Source: Octopus sinensis (Eukaryota). Taken from it: 55,507 nucleotides of DNA. The stretch's first letter is position 1; each line of letters opens with the position of its first letter. This document shows positions 26,301 through 39,661 of the stretch, in pieces. The stretch lies in the NCBI RefSeq assembly GCF_006345805.1, contig NW_021834383.1:1-55507 (forward strand), written 5' to 3'. The notes beneath the pieces were generated by a model. That model ran no database searches. It was not told the DNA's origin and worked only from the letters and a program-made list of their open reading frames with translations. Made by a program: the position numbers and the translations under genes.

Positions 26301-26527
26301 AAAGAAATGAATCATATGTATAAAGCAATATTATTTATTTTTAATAGCAAAAAAAAAAGAATTAAATGAATATTAAATTATTATTAAATTATTATGTATC
26401 CGAGATCAAATTATTCACGCATCCCAAGTATGGAAGCAATTCACGCAAGCGTTTTCGCGTAAAAAGTGAATACACACACATACACAAGTCTATTTTTTAT
26501 ACACACACACACACACGCACACATGCA

Positions 26528-26601
<74 letters not shown>

Positions 26602-26610
26602 TAGATAGAC

Positions 26611-26644
<34 letters not shown>

Positions 26645-26645
26645 T

Positions 26646-26690
<45 letters not shown>

Positions 26691-26944
26691 GAACAGATAG
26701 CCTTAGTCTACACCATATCGCTCGTGGACATCAACTCCATCTCGAGAGCCAATTTCCCTCCATGCTGTGCCAGATGACAATTTGCGTGCTAACTCTGTGA
26801 CAGTACACAGTCCTGTGTCCCACATAAGTCCATGGACATACGTCATGCGAACCTGATCGATAGATATCCGCTGACTTTTTCATTATCTAGGAAGTATGGA
26901 GGCTGATATATATTAAGGTATATGACATGATCGGGGATCACTGT

Positions 26945-27019
<75 letters not shown>

Positions 27020-27242
27020 ACTTCATGCATTTCCAATCCGTATATGTTTGAATCTCTAAATCACTCTGACCCCATTTCCTAAATATATTTACACCAGTAT
27101 CTCTGCTTTTATAATGGTTCTGTGTCATTTCTAGAACTGTTTATATTTATATCGAGAGTTCGTGCATTGGCACTTATCAAACTAGATATCAGCAAACGAA
27201 ACTGTCGGTCCTTGAGTCACTTTGTTGTTTCTGCTAAATATT

Positions 27243-27279
<37 letters not shown>

Positions 27280-27281
<2 letters not shown>

Positions 27282-27450
27282 CGCAGGAGTGGCTGTGAGG
27301 TAAGTAGCTTGCTAACCAACCACATGGTTCCGGGTTCAGTCCCACTGCGTGGCATCTTGGGCAAGTGTCTTCTGCTATAGCCCCGGGCCGACCAATACCT
27401 TGTGAGTGGATTTGGTAGACGGAAACTGAAAGAAGCGTGTCGTATATATG

Positions 27451-27481
<31 letters not shown>

Positions 27482-27719
27482 TTGTGTGTCTGTGTTTGTC
27501 CCCCTAGCATTGCTTGACAACCGATGCTGGTGTGTTTACGTCCCCGTAACTTAGCGGTTCGGCAAAAGAGAAGACCGATAGAATAAGTACTGGGCTTACA
27601 AAGAATAAGTCCCGGGGTCGATTTGCTCGAGTAAATGGCGGTGCTCCAGCATGGCCGCAGTCAAATGACTGAAACAAGTACAAGAGTAAAAGAGTAAAAG
27701 AGTAAAGAGTAAAAGAGTA
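27280..27719 (+). mobile_element. Full-length SINE family A (young)
   Basis: Complete head, centre and tail; (gtaaaaga)n tail. Confidence 0.93.
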
Positions 27720-27892
27720 TATACTCATATTTTGAGTTCTATTTTCTCTGTTTGCACCATCAGAGAATTGTTTATGCTAATTTGTGCTGCATCCCTCAGA
27801 CATCCTTCCGTGGGATCAATACAAACATTCCAGGTATTTATTTGATTGTTTTTACTGAGGGATGCGCCGAATGTCGACTGATAACCAACTAA

Positions 27893-28222
27893 CTGGCACT
27901 CTGTCGGTTACGATCACGAGGGATCCAGTTGATCCGGTCAAAAGAACAGCCTCTGCATGAAATTAACATACAAATGGCTGAGCACTCCACAATCACGTGT
28001 ACCTTCAACGTAGTTCTCAGGGAGACCCAGCACCATACGCGGGGGGGGGAGGGACAAGGCTAGCCCTTTGAATTACAGGTACAATTCAGTTCTGCCAGCT
28101 GAGTGGACTGGAGCAATGTGAAATAAAAGTTTCTTGCCCAAGGGCACAACACTCGCAGGGAATCGAACTCACGACCTTACGATGGTGAGCCGATTACCCT
28201 AACCACTAGGCCACGTGCCTCC
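27893..28222 (-). mobile_element. SINE family D (tRNA head + CORE-like), full length
   Basis: Reverse complement ggaggcacgtggcctagtggttagggtaatcggctcacc..gtgagttcgattccc..gcccttgggcaagaaactttt, with intact A- and B-box-like motifs. Confidence 0.88.
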
Positions 28223-28419
28223 ACTACCGACTGAATAGAATATCAGATAAGCAGTGGAGAAGAGGGCCGTGTGCATACAGGCACCACCAGTGGCCTCTTT
28301 TTCTGCTAAACCAAGAAACAAAACTGTTAAATTATCTCAGTTCTTATTTTTCTTTGGTTGGGTTCTCCCTCGGTCTTCAAAGACAAAACCATGCTACCAA
28401 GCATTCCCAGTCCATTATC

Positions 28420-28990
28420 GTCACCTTCAGTTCGAGGATGGAATCCCATCCTGCATCCTCCAAGTTGTCGATAAATGTTAGATGACATCTTTCACGTTTG
28501 CCGGTATTATGCTGTGGGTCCCAGAACACAAGATTTGATTCTCCTATTCATTATATGCAGAGACGTCGTTCTCTGATCTCGTTGGTCACGTTTGGAACGC
28601 TTCCAAAGAAATGCTTATTGATCATGTCCTGATGTTATTTTGTAGCAAGGGCCATTCGTAACACCCTTCTGTAGCAACCACTTTGCCTGTTTGGTCCACG
28701 TTTCGCTGCCATACAAGAGCACTGACAAAACAGTGGCAAAGGATTGTCTAATTTTTGTTCCTCTTAACAGTCACGACTTCCACATTCTCTTTAGTTTGTT
28801 AGCGTGTGCTGTTCTAACTTTGATGTCAACATCGGAGTTATTTATCAAACTACCACGATACCTAAAATCTTCAATCGAATTCATTTTTGATTCACTCATT
28901 TCTCGCAGTTCTACATGTTCTTCAATCGAAGCAAAGAGCTTGTCTCTGTCCATCGATGTGAAAGTAGGTTTCAGTATGTTTGCTTTGTGT
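28420..28990 (-). mobile_element. Decayed RTE-clade LINE RT fragment
   Basis: IEDFRYRGSLINNSDVDIKVR..NKLKRMWKS.L.R.TKIR..VLSVLLYGSETWT (cf. RTE F.YLGS.I....DI..R...L..IWKS...LLYGSE.WT). Confidence 0.85.
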
Positions 28991-29587
28991 CAACTTTTAG
29001 CCGGTGACCGCACTTGATTTGCTACCTGTAGACTCTTTAATGAATCTTTGACAGTATGTACCATTTAGTGTTTGATCGTGTCTCGTCGCCAGGAAACTTC
29101 TGTTAGTCTTTTATGGTGTTTAGTAGTCAGTATTTGATCTTTGTGTGTCAATACATGTCGTATTTGTCCATAGTACTAACTAGTAAAGAAGGTTTAATTT
29201 TAGTCTGATCACTGTAGATCATTACTGGTTCACTGTAGTGTCCAGTAGCCAGTGCTTAATCTTGGTCTACCACTGTACATCAGGCTGGTCACTTGTGACA
29301 AACAGTAATGAATATTTGGTCTTGTGTTGTAACAAATAAGAAATCTGTTGGTCGATACTAGTTGCATTGATACTAGTTAGCTCTTTATTGATGTTTTATA
29401 GTATCCTATGACTAATGACTGATCTCACACTACCACCTGTACTTTCCTTTAGACTACTACTAGTTGTGTCAAATAGCCAGCACCAGGTTTTCATCTGCTA
29501 CAAGTAAAAACTGTATCGATTCTTTGTGTTATCCAGAAGCTACGCCCAAGATTGATCTGTTATCAGAAGATTCTCTGACCTCTTTTA

Positions 29588-30862
29588 TTAGGCTGTTTCG
29601 AAAATAATTGCCGCTCTAAGTGTTGTGTTTTCAAACGTAATTTTTCACAGTATTTTAATTGTATTTTAGGTGAATTTCGACTTAATAATTGATGTATGCT
29701 CTTTAATAATTTTCTACTTATTTCAGACAGAAAACATTCTTGAAGCATAGACGCCCTTAATTATGAACATGACAAGAAAGGACCTTCGTTTACTTTTCTT
29801 GCATGTGTTCAAGCTTGGGCATAATTCCTCCCAAACTGCTGCCAATATCAACAGAGCACGGGGAGAGGAGTCCACAAGTGATTGCACAGTACGATCGCAC
29901 AGAAATTCCGTAGTGGTGATGAGAGCCTTGAAGATGAAGAAGGTAGAGGACGGTCATGCAGTCTTGACAATAAACAATTGGAAGCAATTGTTGAGCAGAA
30001 CCCACATCAAAGTTGCAGAGAAATGTCTCAAGCACTTGGTGTTGGTATTGCAACGGTCTCACGTTATCTGCAAAAGATTGGTATGGTGAAAAAGCTCGAT
30101 AATTGAGTACCGCATTAGCTCAATGAAAATCAAAAAGTTCGGGGTTTTGAAGTGTGCTCGATGCTCTTTCTGAGAAACAGCAAGGATTCTTTTCTTGACC
30201 GAATAGTCACTTGTGACGAAAAGTGAATCCTTTATGATAACCGTAAACGATCAGGTTAATGACTTGATCGTGATGAGTCATCCAGACATTTCCCAAAGCC
30301 AAAGTTGCATCAGCAAAAGTTTATGGGGACTGTCTGGTAGTCTGCAATTGGTGTCGTCTATTACAGCTGCTGGAAACCAATCAGAGCATTACAGCAGAGG
30401 TTTACTGCAACCAACTCGCTGAAATGCATTCTCACTTGCAAAAAATGAGACCTGCATTGAAGAAACCGCTTGGCCCAATTCTGCTTCACGATAATTCAAA
30501 GTCACATGTTTAAAGAATGGCGTTGCAAAAACTCACAGACTTGGGATACGAGATTTTACCACATCCTCCATATTCACCTGATCTTTCACCCACTGACTAC
30601 CATATTTTAAATCATTTAAACACGTTTTTAAGTGATAAAATTTTCAGACCCAAACTAGAAGCGGAATCATCTTTCAAAGATTTCTTAGCATCAAAGCCAG
30701 TAAGTTTTTATCAACAGGTATAAATAATTTCGTTGATCGATGGAAGAGGTGCATAGATGTTCACGGCTCATACTTTGACTAATCAAAAAACATTTTTATT
30801 GTTAATTTTTCCAAAATAAAATTATATTCCTGAAATCGGTCATTACATTTGGAACAACCTAA
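29588..30862 (+). mobile_element. Full-length but dead mariner transposon (D34D, Hsmar1-like)
   Basis: TIRs ttaggctgtttcgaaaataattg / cattacatttggaacaacctaa; ~1275 bp. Transposase 29763-30780 has KFRSGDESLEDEEGRGR, IVTCDEK, LLHDN and HPPYSPDLSPTDY, with stops and frameshifts. Confidence 0.95.
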
Positions 30863-30935
30863 TGTATCAATTAGTAGTGAGTGTACATTATTGATTTCCA
30901 AGTAGACTCTCGGTTGATGTCCCTTTCGTGTATCA

Positions 30936-31697
30936 CAGTGATTTTCAACCATTTTTCATATATGGACCCCTTAATTCCTATTTTCCTCAGATGAACCCTC
31001 CTAGACATTTAATGTTTTAAAAATGCTGTTATATTTTTATAATTAAATATTATTAGGAATTTCTTTTGGTGAAGAGGAGGGATTGAAAAACTTTATCGTA
31101 GCACAATTTAATAACAAACAAAAAACAGAAAAAAGTTTTTAGGGGTGGAGAGAGGGAAGCAGTGGAGCAGGAGGGTGTAATGGGCCAAAACCTCCAGAAC
31201 AAATTAACATCGAAATCTTACGTATTACTGCTTAGCGCTTCCCCTCCGTAATTTCCTTACGGTGAGCCGCCGTACAGCGCTACCAGTCATCGTACGGTGA
31301 CTGGAAAAGCACAGGAGAGGCAATCGCTTAATTCAGCTCGTAGTGTCGTCTGCCTAGCGTTTGTAACCGTTGAGGAGATAACTACTCCGAAACGTTAGCA
31401 TCTCACAGTCAAGGTAGGTGGCGCTGCGAGCTGATCTGGGTGCATACACACCAACTGTCAACACGCAAGATATACTTTCCCTGACAAAACGCAGTGAGTA
31501 GCTTGTTCCCCAGTTCGAACGTGCAACAAACCTATTCGTACCGATAATAACATTGCAACCCAGAACAAATGTCTAAAATTATTGTTAAAATATTTTGTTC
31601 ATTGTAGAAGTGTAACCAATTTTTTCTACATAAACTTTAGCAACACAAACTTACATGGTCTCCCAAGGGTCATATGGACGTTAGTTGAGAATCACTG
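30936..31697. mobile_element. hAT (Charlie-like) MITE, 762 bp
   Basis: TIRs cagtgattttcaac / gttgagaatcactg; 8-bp flanks gtgtatca / gtctatcg (6/8 identical TSD). Confidence 0.8.
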
Positions 31698-32071
31698 GTC
31701 TATCGCTTCTCAATTCCTCAACCATTCCACATTTTGTGACTTTATCAATTCCAGTTTTAAGTTTTCTAGTATACTGACATCCTTTGTAAGGAATATTCCA
31801 AACATATTGTCTGGTATTAGATTTTAAATATTCCCTTTGATTCTTTGAGATATTTATTGGTATGTGGTTGTTACGGCCGATGTTATTGATGCTGAAATAG
31901 AGGGAAGCACAGATGGAGCAGAGACAAAATTAAAGGCGTCTCAGCTGTGACCGAACCATCTTTTGTGATGTTGCTGCCTGTGTGTGTTTATTAAGACTTA
32001 CGCAACACACAATATGGTTGCCTACGTAGCACGGAAAAAGACTGCTTGTACATAAACATATGTACATACGT

Positions 32072-32410
32072 GGAGGCGCATAGTTCAGTGGTTAGACCAT
32101 CAGTCTCACAATCATGAGGTAGTGAGTTCGATTTTCGGAACAAGCGGTGTGCTGTGTTCTTGAGCAAGACACTTTATTTCACGTTGCTCTAGTTCACTCA
32201 ACTGTAGAAATGAGTTGCGACGTCAAGCTATGTCGGCTTTTGTTTTTCTCTTGGATAACATCGGTGTCGTGGTATACATGGGCGAATGCTGGTCTTCCAT
32301 AAACGACCTTGCTCAGACTTGTGCCTCAGAAGGGAATTTTCTAGGTGCAATTCCATGGTCATTCATGAAGGAAGGGGGTCTTTACTCTTTTATGTATATA
32401 CAGAACAAGA
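32072..32410 (+). mobile_element. SINE family D
   Basis: ggaggcgcatagttcagtggttag..gagttcgatt..tgttcttgagcaagacactttatttcacgttgctc. Confidence 0.82.
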
Positions 32411-32429
32411 TTGCAGGGTCATAAAGAAA

Positions 32430-32615
32430 GCGAAAACTACGCAAGTTCGGAGTCAACTCCTTGCCTTCAGTCTCAACAGACAACCAATGCTCGATCTGCG
32501 GCAGAGCCTTCAAAGCACGCATCGAACCGATTGTCCACAGCCGGACACACCGTGCCCCGTCGTCTTCTTCCATGTGATGCCCTTGGTCATCGTCGTCAAC
32601 AACGGACGAACGTAT
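32430..32615 (+). mobile_element. RTE/BovB-type LINE 3' tip
   Basis: CSICGRAFKARIEPIVHSRTH resembles the RTE C-terminal C..CGR.F.ARIGL.SH.RTH finger, followed by a short UTR. Confidence 0.65.
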
Positions 32616-32714
32616 ATGTAGGTTTATTTTTCTTAGCATCTGTGTGTGAGTGTGTGTGCACTCATTCACTCCAACCCAACACATATGTACACGTGAGTAA
32701 AATATGTATGCATG

Positions 32715-33115
32715 TAGGCACAAGCGTACCTGTGTGGTAAAAAGCTTGTTTCCAAACCACATGGTTCGAGGTTCAGTCCCACTGCATGGTATCATGGGCA
32801 AGTGTTTCGTACTCCAGTCTTGGGGCAAGCAAACCCCGTGAATGGATTTGGAAGAAGGAAACTGTAAGAAGCCCATTGTATATATATGCATATATATGTC
32901 TATGTGTGTCTATCTTTGTGTCTGTGATTATCACCCCCCATCCCGCAGATTGACAGCCGATGTTGATGTTTACGTCGCTATAACTTAGCGCTTCGGCAAA
33001 CACTCGATAGAATAAATACGGGGCTTTAAAAAATGTAAATACTGGGGTCGATTCGTTCGACTAGAAATTCTTCAAGACGGTGCCCCAGCATGGCCACAGT
33101 CAAGTAAAATGTAAA
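32715..33115 (+). mobile_element. SINE family A, older and diverged
   Basis: Head, centre and tail recognisable with many substitutions. Confidence 0.8.
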
Positions 33116-33334
33116 AGACGTTTATGTCAGCAAGCATATATATACACCGAAAAGTATATATATATATACTTTAGCAATATCTATAGATTTATTGTCATGA
33201 AACACTCGTAGTCTATCTAATGTATATGAATCTGATATTAAGTTGATAATATTTAATCTTATATATCTCTATCATAGATAATGTTGTTCAATGTTGTTTG
33301 AGTTGCTTGAAGGTGGTTCTGTCTCTTAAACCAT

Positions 33335-33406
<72 letters not shown>

Positions 33407-33784
33407 ATATATATATATATATCTATATAATATATATATATATATCTATATAGTATATATGTATATGTATACGGAAAAGTATATATATATCTATATATAT
33501 ATATATATATATATATACCATAAATATGTATGTATATACATATATATAATATATACAATATATATATATATATATATATATACAATATATATATACATAT
33601 ATATATATATACATATATGTATATATACATATATATATATAAGTAAGTCTGCACGGGATAGAAACTAAAATTAACCTAAGGGTTTCAACGTTGTACATAG
33701 GGAACATTATAACGTATAAATATTGGTCAACAACAATAAATACATCTACTACTACTACTACTATTACTACTACTACTACTACTG

Positions 33785-33815
<31 letters not shown>

Positions 33816-34455
33816 ATAACAACAAACACAAATATATTTTTTTAGTCTGGCAACATTTATTGACTACCTGAGTGTTTATGAACAGACTCTAAATATCTAA
33901 TTGAATATGTGGATATGTATGCATGTATGTAGGTGTGTATATGCATATTATTTAAATGTATCTATACATATATATTTATATATATATATATACGTATATA
34001 TACATATACATGTATGTATGTAGATGTATATATATATGTATACATATGTGTGTGTATATATATATATATATATATTTATACATACATACATGTATATAAA
34101 TATGTATAAGTTTCTATATATGTATACATACATGTATTTATGTACGTATGTATTTATATATATGCGTGTGTGAGTGTGTGTGGGTGTGGGGATGAGTGTG
34201 TAATAGTGTGTATGTGTGTTTGTGTGTATATGTGGACATACATGTATACAGGTATATATATGTGTTTATATATATAATGTAAATATTTCTTATGCATAAT
34301 ATACACACGCAGAAAAAGAGAAAGAGTGAGAGAGAGGAGGAGAGAAACAGAGCCAGAGACAGAGACAGAATGAGAAAGGGACATAAATATACGTACACAG
34401 AAATACATGTCTGTATAAATATCTATGCGCCTGCTTGTACGAGTGTGTATGCGTG

Positions 34456-34496
<41 letters not shown>

Positions 34497-34632
34497 TGTG
34501 TTGTGTGTGTGTGTTGCAGAGTTAAGTAGACTGTAAAATCCATGTTAAGGTTTCACGTCGTTATCTGAGCGGAAATCTGCGATCTCCGATAGACACGAGT
34601 AAGAGACAGTCGTAACTGATTCATAGAGTCAT

Positions 34633-34737
<105 letters not shown>

Positions 34738-34765
34738 CATCTATCTATCTATCTATGTATCTATG

Positions 34766-34818
<53 letters not shown>

Positions 34819-34871
34819 CTCTATCTATCTATATATCTATCTATCTATCTATCTATCTATCTACCTATCTG

Positions 34872-34910
<39 letters not shown>

Positions 34911-35070
34911 TATATATATATCTGTATATTATATATATATATAATATATATTATATTACATATGTGTGTGTGTGTATTTATACATATATATGTGTGTGTG
35001 TATGTGTGTATCTATCTATCTGTCTATCTCCCCCCTCTCTCTCTCTATATATATATAGACTCACACAGAC

Positions 35071-35894
35071 ACAAAGTACGATGGGTAAATTGTCGTCATT
35101 TTATATCTTTAATTTCACGCATGCGCATTGTTTGTTTTTGATTATGTCAACTAAACAGCATAATAGGGTCAGTTGGGCACCGTCTGTGAGAAAAGCAGCA
35201 CCATCATGCAATTCACTCTGCCAGAAATTTGGAAACGATATGCTGTACTCCTGGGCATTCGCGCCGGAAGCTCCAATACGAACAGATGGTGAACAACCGT
35301 TGGATTCCGTGTCCCCAAAACATCTACCGAGAGTGATAGAAATTAAACATAATGGTGTTTTGAGTGATCACTAGTGATGGCGACGTTATGCCTCCATTCA
35401 TCTTCCCACATAACCTCAGACTCAATATAGAGGCCTACATCAAGTGCCTGGAGGAGGTAGTGCTGTCCTGGGTCAAGAGTGCTAGAAGACCCTATATCTG
35501 GCAACAGGACTCTGCACCATGCCACACAAGCAGGAGATCCCCGTTATGGCTGTCACAGTTTTGCGACCACATCCCCTAATATCTCGCCACCTAACTCCCC
35601 AGACTGCAACCCCCTTGATTATTACGTTTGGAACGCATTTGAGCGAGTGACCAACAAAACTCTTTGTAGCACCAACGATGAACATAAACAAGGAGACCGT
35701 CCGGAAGAGCTGCAGGAGATTCCAAAGTTGTCTGGAGGCTGTGGTTGTTGCGAATGGCGATTTTTTTGAATAAATTTAGTCTTTCGTATTTCAAGATATT
35801 TTTATGTAATTTTGATAAATATATCTGTCAAAATAGGATGTCAGTGTTATTTTCATTTTTGCGTAATTTAGACGACAATTTATTCATCACACCT
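35071..35894 (+). mobile_element. Internally deleted maT-like (DD37D) Tc1/mariner transposon
   Basis: TIR core taaattgtcgtc / gacgacaattta. ..ITSDGDVMPPFIFP..YIKCLEEVVL..WQQDSAPCHTS..PPNSPDCNPLDYYVW, with spacing consistent with DD37D. Confidence 0.88.
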
Positions 35895-35955
<61 letters not shown>

Positions 35956-36082
35956 ATGTGTGTGAGTGTGGGTGTGTGTGTGTGTATGTATGTATATATG
36001 TATGTATAAACATGCGTATATCGTCAGTAAATCATAAATCCGAAAGAGAAGAACACTCTGAGCCGTAGAACAATAGAATAAC

Positions 36083-36193
36083 TAGATAAAGATAGTTATG
36101 GCGGTCTATGAGGTAACTCTGTGTAAAGCGAACCGCTTTATGGACGTGAAACCCGGAGTAAACCCGTAGACCGGCCATAACCATCTTTATCTA
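36083..36193. mobile_element. 111-bp MITE-like hairpin
   Basis: tagataaagatagttatggcggtcta ... tagaccggccataaccatctttatcta (~26-bp TIR). Confidence 0.75.
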
Positions 36194-36195
36194 AT

Positions 36196-36226
<31 letters not shown>

Positions 36227-37237
36227 GACATACAAGCATACATACATGCATACATATGTAGCTAGCTAGGTATATAGAAAGATAGATAAGTTTCTTTATT
36301 GGCCACACAGGGCTGCACACAGATGGGACAAGTTAAAGGTAGAGCTTTTCTTTTGGGGGATGAAAAAACAAACAAAAGAAAGAAACAAAAAAGGGGGTGG
36401 CGTAGGTTTCGATCAAAGAGGGATCGTAAGAGGGAAGAAAAGAACAAAAAAAAAATAAAAATAAAAATAAAAATAAAAAAGAAGAAAGGAAAAGGAACAA
36501 AAGAAAAGAGAAATGAAAAAGAGAAAGAAAAAAGGGGAAAAAAAGGGAAGAGGAAAAAAAACGATCAATAGGGATCGGTGTATCACAGGTTGTTATGATA
36601 TCCGTGAAGGAAAGCCTACGAAAAAGACCAGATAGATAGATAGATATGTATATATATATATATATTATATATATATATTATATATATAATATATAGATAG
36701 ATAGATAGAGGCGATATAGATAGATAGATAAAGAGATAGATAGCGATAGATAGATAGATAGTAGATAGTTAGATAGATAATTAGATAGATAGATGGATAG
36801 ATAGATAGGTAGATTGATAGAAAGATAGAAGAATAGGTAGATGGATGGATGGATGATTTATGGATGGAAGAATTGATGGCTGGATGGAGAAAGAGTGACA
36901 GTGTTGTGGACGTAGACGTAGACAGACTGATGCATCGATAAAGAAACAAAGATATACAGATGTATTACTCTTTGAACATATATATATATATGTGAGCGTA
37001 CGTATGAATGTCTATTGGGATTTTCTCAAATTCCACCAAAAAGGTGGGTTTGTGGAAACTGACTGTGCCATGGGAGAAACACCTGAAAGGCACATTGGAA
37101 AGCAATATGCATGTATGTGTATGTATGTGTATATATGTGTGTATGCATGTATACATGTATATATGTAAACGTGTGTGTACATGTATATGCATAAGTATAT
37201 GCGCGTATCTGTGTGTCTATGTGTGTGTATGTGGGTG

Positions 37238-37276
<39 letters not shown>

Positions 37277-37280
<4 letters not shown>

Positions 37281-37753
37281 GAAGGCTTGAAAATGCAATT
37301 TCAAAGGATGTTTACTCACTTGACCGGTTTCACATTTTTAGAAAAAGATTGTCAAATGTAACATAAAAGCTTTGTTGTCACAAAATATTACAATACATAT
37401 ATACATTCTTTGATAATAATAAGAACATGTTAAAAAAGTTTACAAGGAAAAATCTTGGGAAAATATAAGAAAGTTCATTAAAATATTGGGCACAAAAAAT
37501 TACAATACATATATACATTCTTTGATAAAAATAAGAAAATGTTAAATGTTTGATAATAATAAGAAGATGTTAAATGTTTTAACATTTTCTTATTATTTTC
37601 AAAGAATGTATATATGTATTGTAATATTTTGTGACAACTAGTACCTAACACAACAAAGCTTTTACATGTTACTTTTGACAATCTTTTTCTAAAGAAGTGA
37701 AACCGGTCAAGTGAATAAAAATCTTTTAAAATTGCATTTTGAAACCTTCTTTC
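37277..37753. mobile_element. Foldback element with ~160-bp inverted arms embedded in (TA)n
   Basis: gaaagaaggcttgaaaatgcaatt..cacttgaccggtttcac..tgtcacaaaatattacaatacatatatacattctttga is mirrored at the right end. A third direct copy of the inner subrepeat lies at ~37498-37547. Confidence 0.85.
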
Positions 37754-37857
37754 ATATATAATTCCACTCGTGCGGTACCTTACAACTTAACTTGTATATA
37801 TATAATATAGATATATATATATACATATATATTATAATTAATATATAAATATACAAG

Positions 37858-37894
<37 letters not shown>

Positions 37895-38250
37895 TACAAT
37901 ATAATTTTTACAATTTCATTATAAATTATAAATGAATATTTTATTCTTTTATTAACAATACATTTATCTTATTTCAGTTTATCTTTCCTCAATCATCTCA
38001 ATTTTTGCTTTATTTATTGTTCTAGTTTTCTTTATTTACTTTACTTCATCCCTAATCATATTCTTATCAACCTGTATATAATATCAACGAGTATATAATA
38101 ATACAAACCATAAACCGTAAAATTTTATCTGCTGAAATGGATTGATATAACATACAAAGAAGTACATATTGTTTTTCCCCGATGAAATTATACTCATGTC
38201 ACATAAATGTAAATTTAATGTAAAATTTGTAATTAAATTATTGAGTATTA

Positions 38251-38691
38251 AGCGCAGGAGTGGCTGTGTGATAAGTAGCTTGCTTACCAACCACATGGTT
38301 CCGGGTTCAGACCCATTGCGTGGCACCTTGGGCAAGTGCCTTATACTATAGCCTCGGGCCGACCAATACCTTGTGAGTGGATTTGGTAGCCGGAAACTGA
38401 AAGAAGCCCGTCGTATATATGGATATATAGGTATATGTGTGGGTGTGTGTGTATGTGTGTGTATATGTTTGTGCGTCTGTGTTTGTACCCCCAACATCGC
38501 TTGACAACCGATGCTGGTGTGTTTACGTCCCCCGTAACTTAGCGTTTCGGCAAAAGAGACGGATAGAATAACTACTAGGCTTCCAAAGAATAAATCCTGG
38601 GGCCGATTTGCTCGACTAAAAGCGGTGCTCCAGCATGGCCACAGTCAAATGACTGAAATAAGTAAAAGTGTAAAAAAAAGAGTAAAAGAGT
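38251..38691 (+). mobile_element. Full-length SINE family A
   Basis: Complete head, centre and tail; gagtatta on both flanks may be a TSD. Confidence 0.92.
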
Positions 38692-38759
38692 ATTAATTGA
38701 AACGGCTGTTGTTAATCATAAACAATTATTAACTTCCTTATCTCCATTTTCTTTTCTTC

Positions 38760-38760
38760 T

Positions 38761-38812
<52 letters not shown>

Positions 38813-39445
38813 TGTCCGTCTGTTTGTCTGTGCTTGTCCTCCACCACCGCTTGACAACCAGTGGGGATGTGTTTATGTCTCAGTAACTTAGCGGTTCGGT
38901 AAAAGAATCCGATAGAATAAGTACTAGATTTCAAAAAATAATAAGTCCCAGGGTCGATTTGTTCGACCAAATCCTTTCAAGTCAAGTCAAATGGTTGAAA
39001 CAAGTAAACGGTAAAGTTTATGGTTATTGCAGCTGGTATCTCATGTCTCTCTCTCTCTTTTACTCTTTTACTTGTTTCAGTCATTTGACTGTGGCCATGC
39101 TGGAGCTCGCCTTTATTCGAGCAACTCGACCCCAGGATTTATTCTTTTTGTAAGCCTAGTAGACGGAAACTGAAAGAAGCCCGTCGCATATATGTATATA
39201 TATGCATGTGTGTGTTTGTGTGTCTGTGTTTGTCCCCCTAGCATTGCTTGACAACCGATGCTGGTGTGTTTATGTCCCCGTTACCTAGCGGTTCGGCAAA
39301 AGAGACCGATAGAATAAGTACTGGACTTACAAAAGAATAAGTTCCGGGGTCGAGTTGCTCGATTAAAGGCGGTACTCCAGCATGTCCGCAGTCAAATGAC
39401 TGAAACAAGTAAAGGAGTAAAGGAGTAAAGAAGTAAGGAATAAGG
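38760..39445. mobile_element. Cluster of three SINE A partial copies (+, -, +)
   Basis: 3' half + at 38760-38990, tail - at 39055-39160, 3' half + at 39160-39445. Confidence 0.8.
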
Positions 39446-39661
39446 AGTGCTGAAATGTTCGTGGCTTTAAGGGTGCCACAAAAGGCTTGGTTGGAGGCCT
39501 AACTGAAAGACCGCTGCTGAAAAATTGAAGGACCGCTGCAATAAGTGTACGAATCTGAGAGAGGAATATGTTGAATAAAATCATAAATAACCGAAACCCC
39601 TGTATTTCCTTTTACCTAAAACCAGGAACCTTTCAGCAGCTCTTCGTGTATTAAAGATGTG

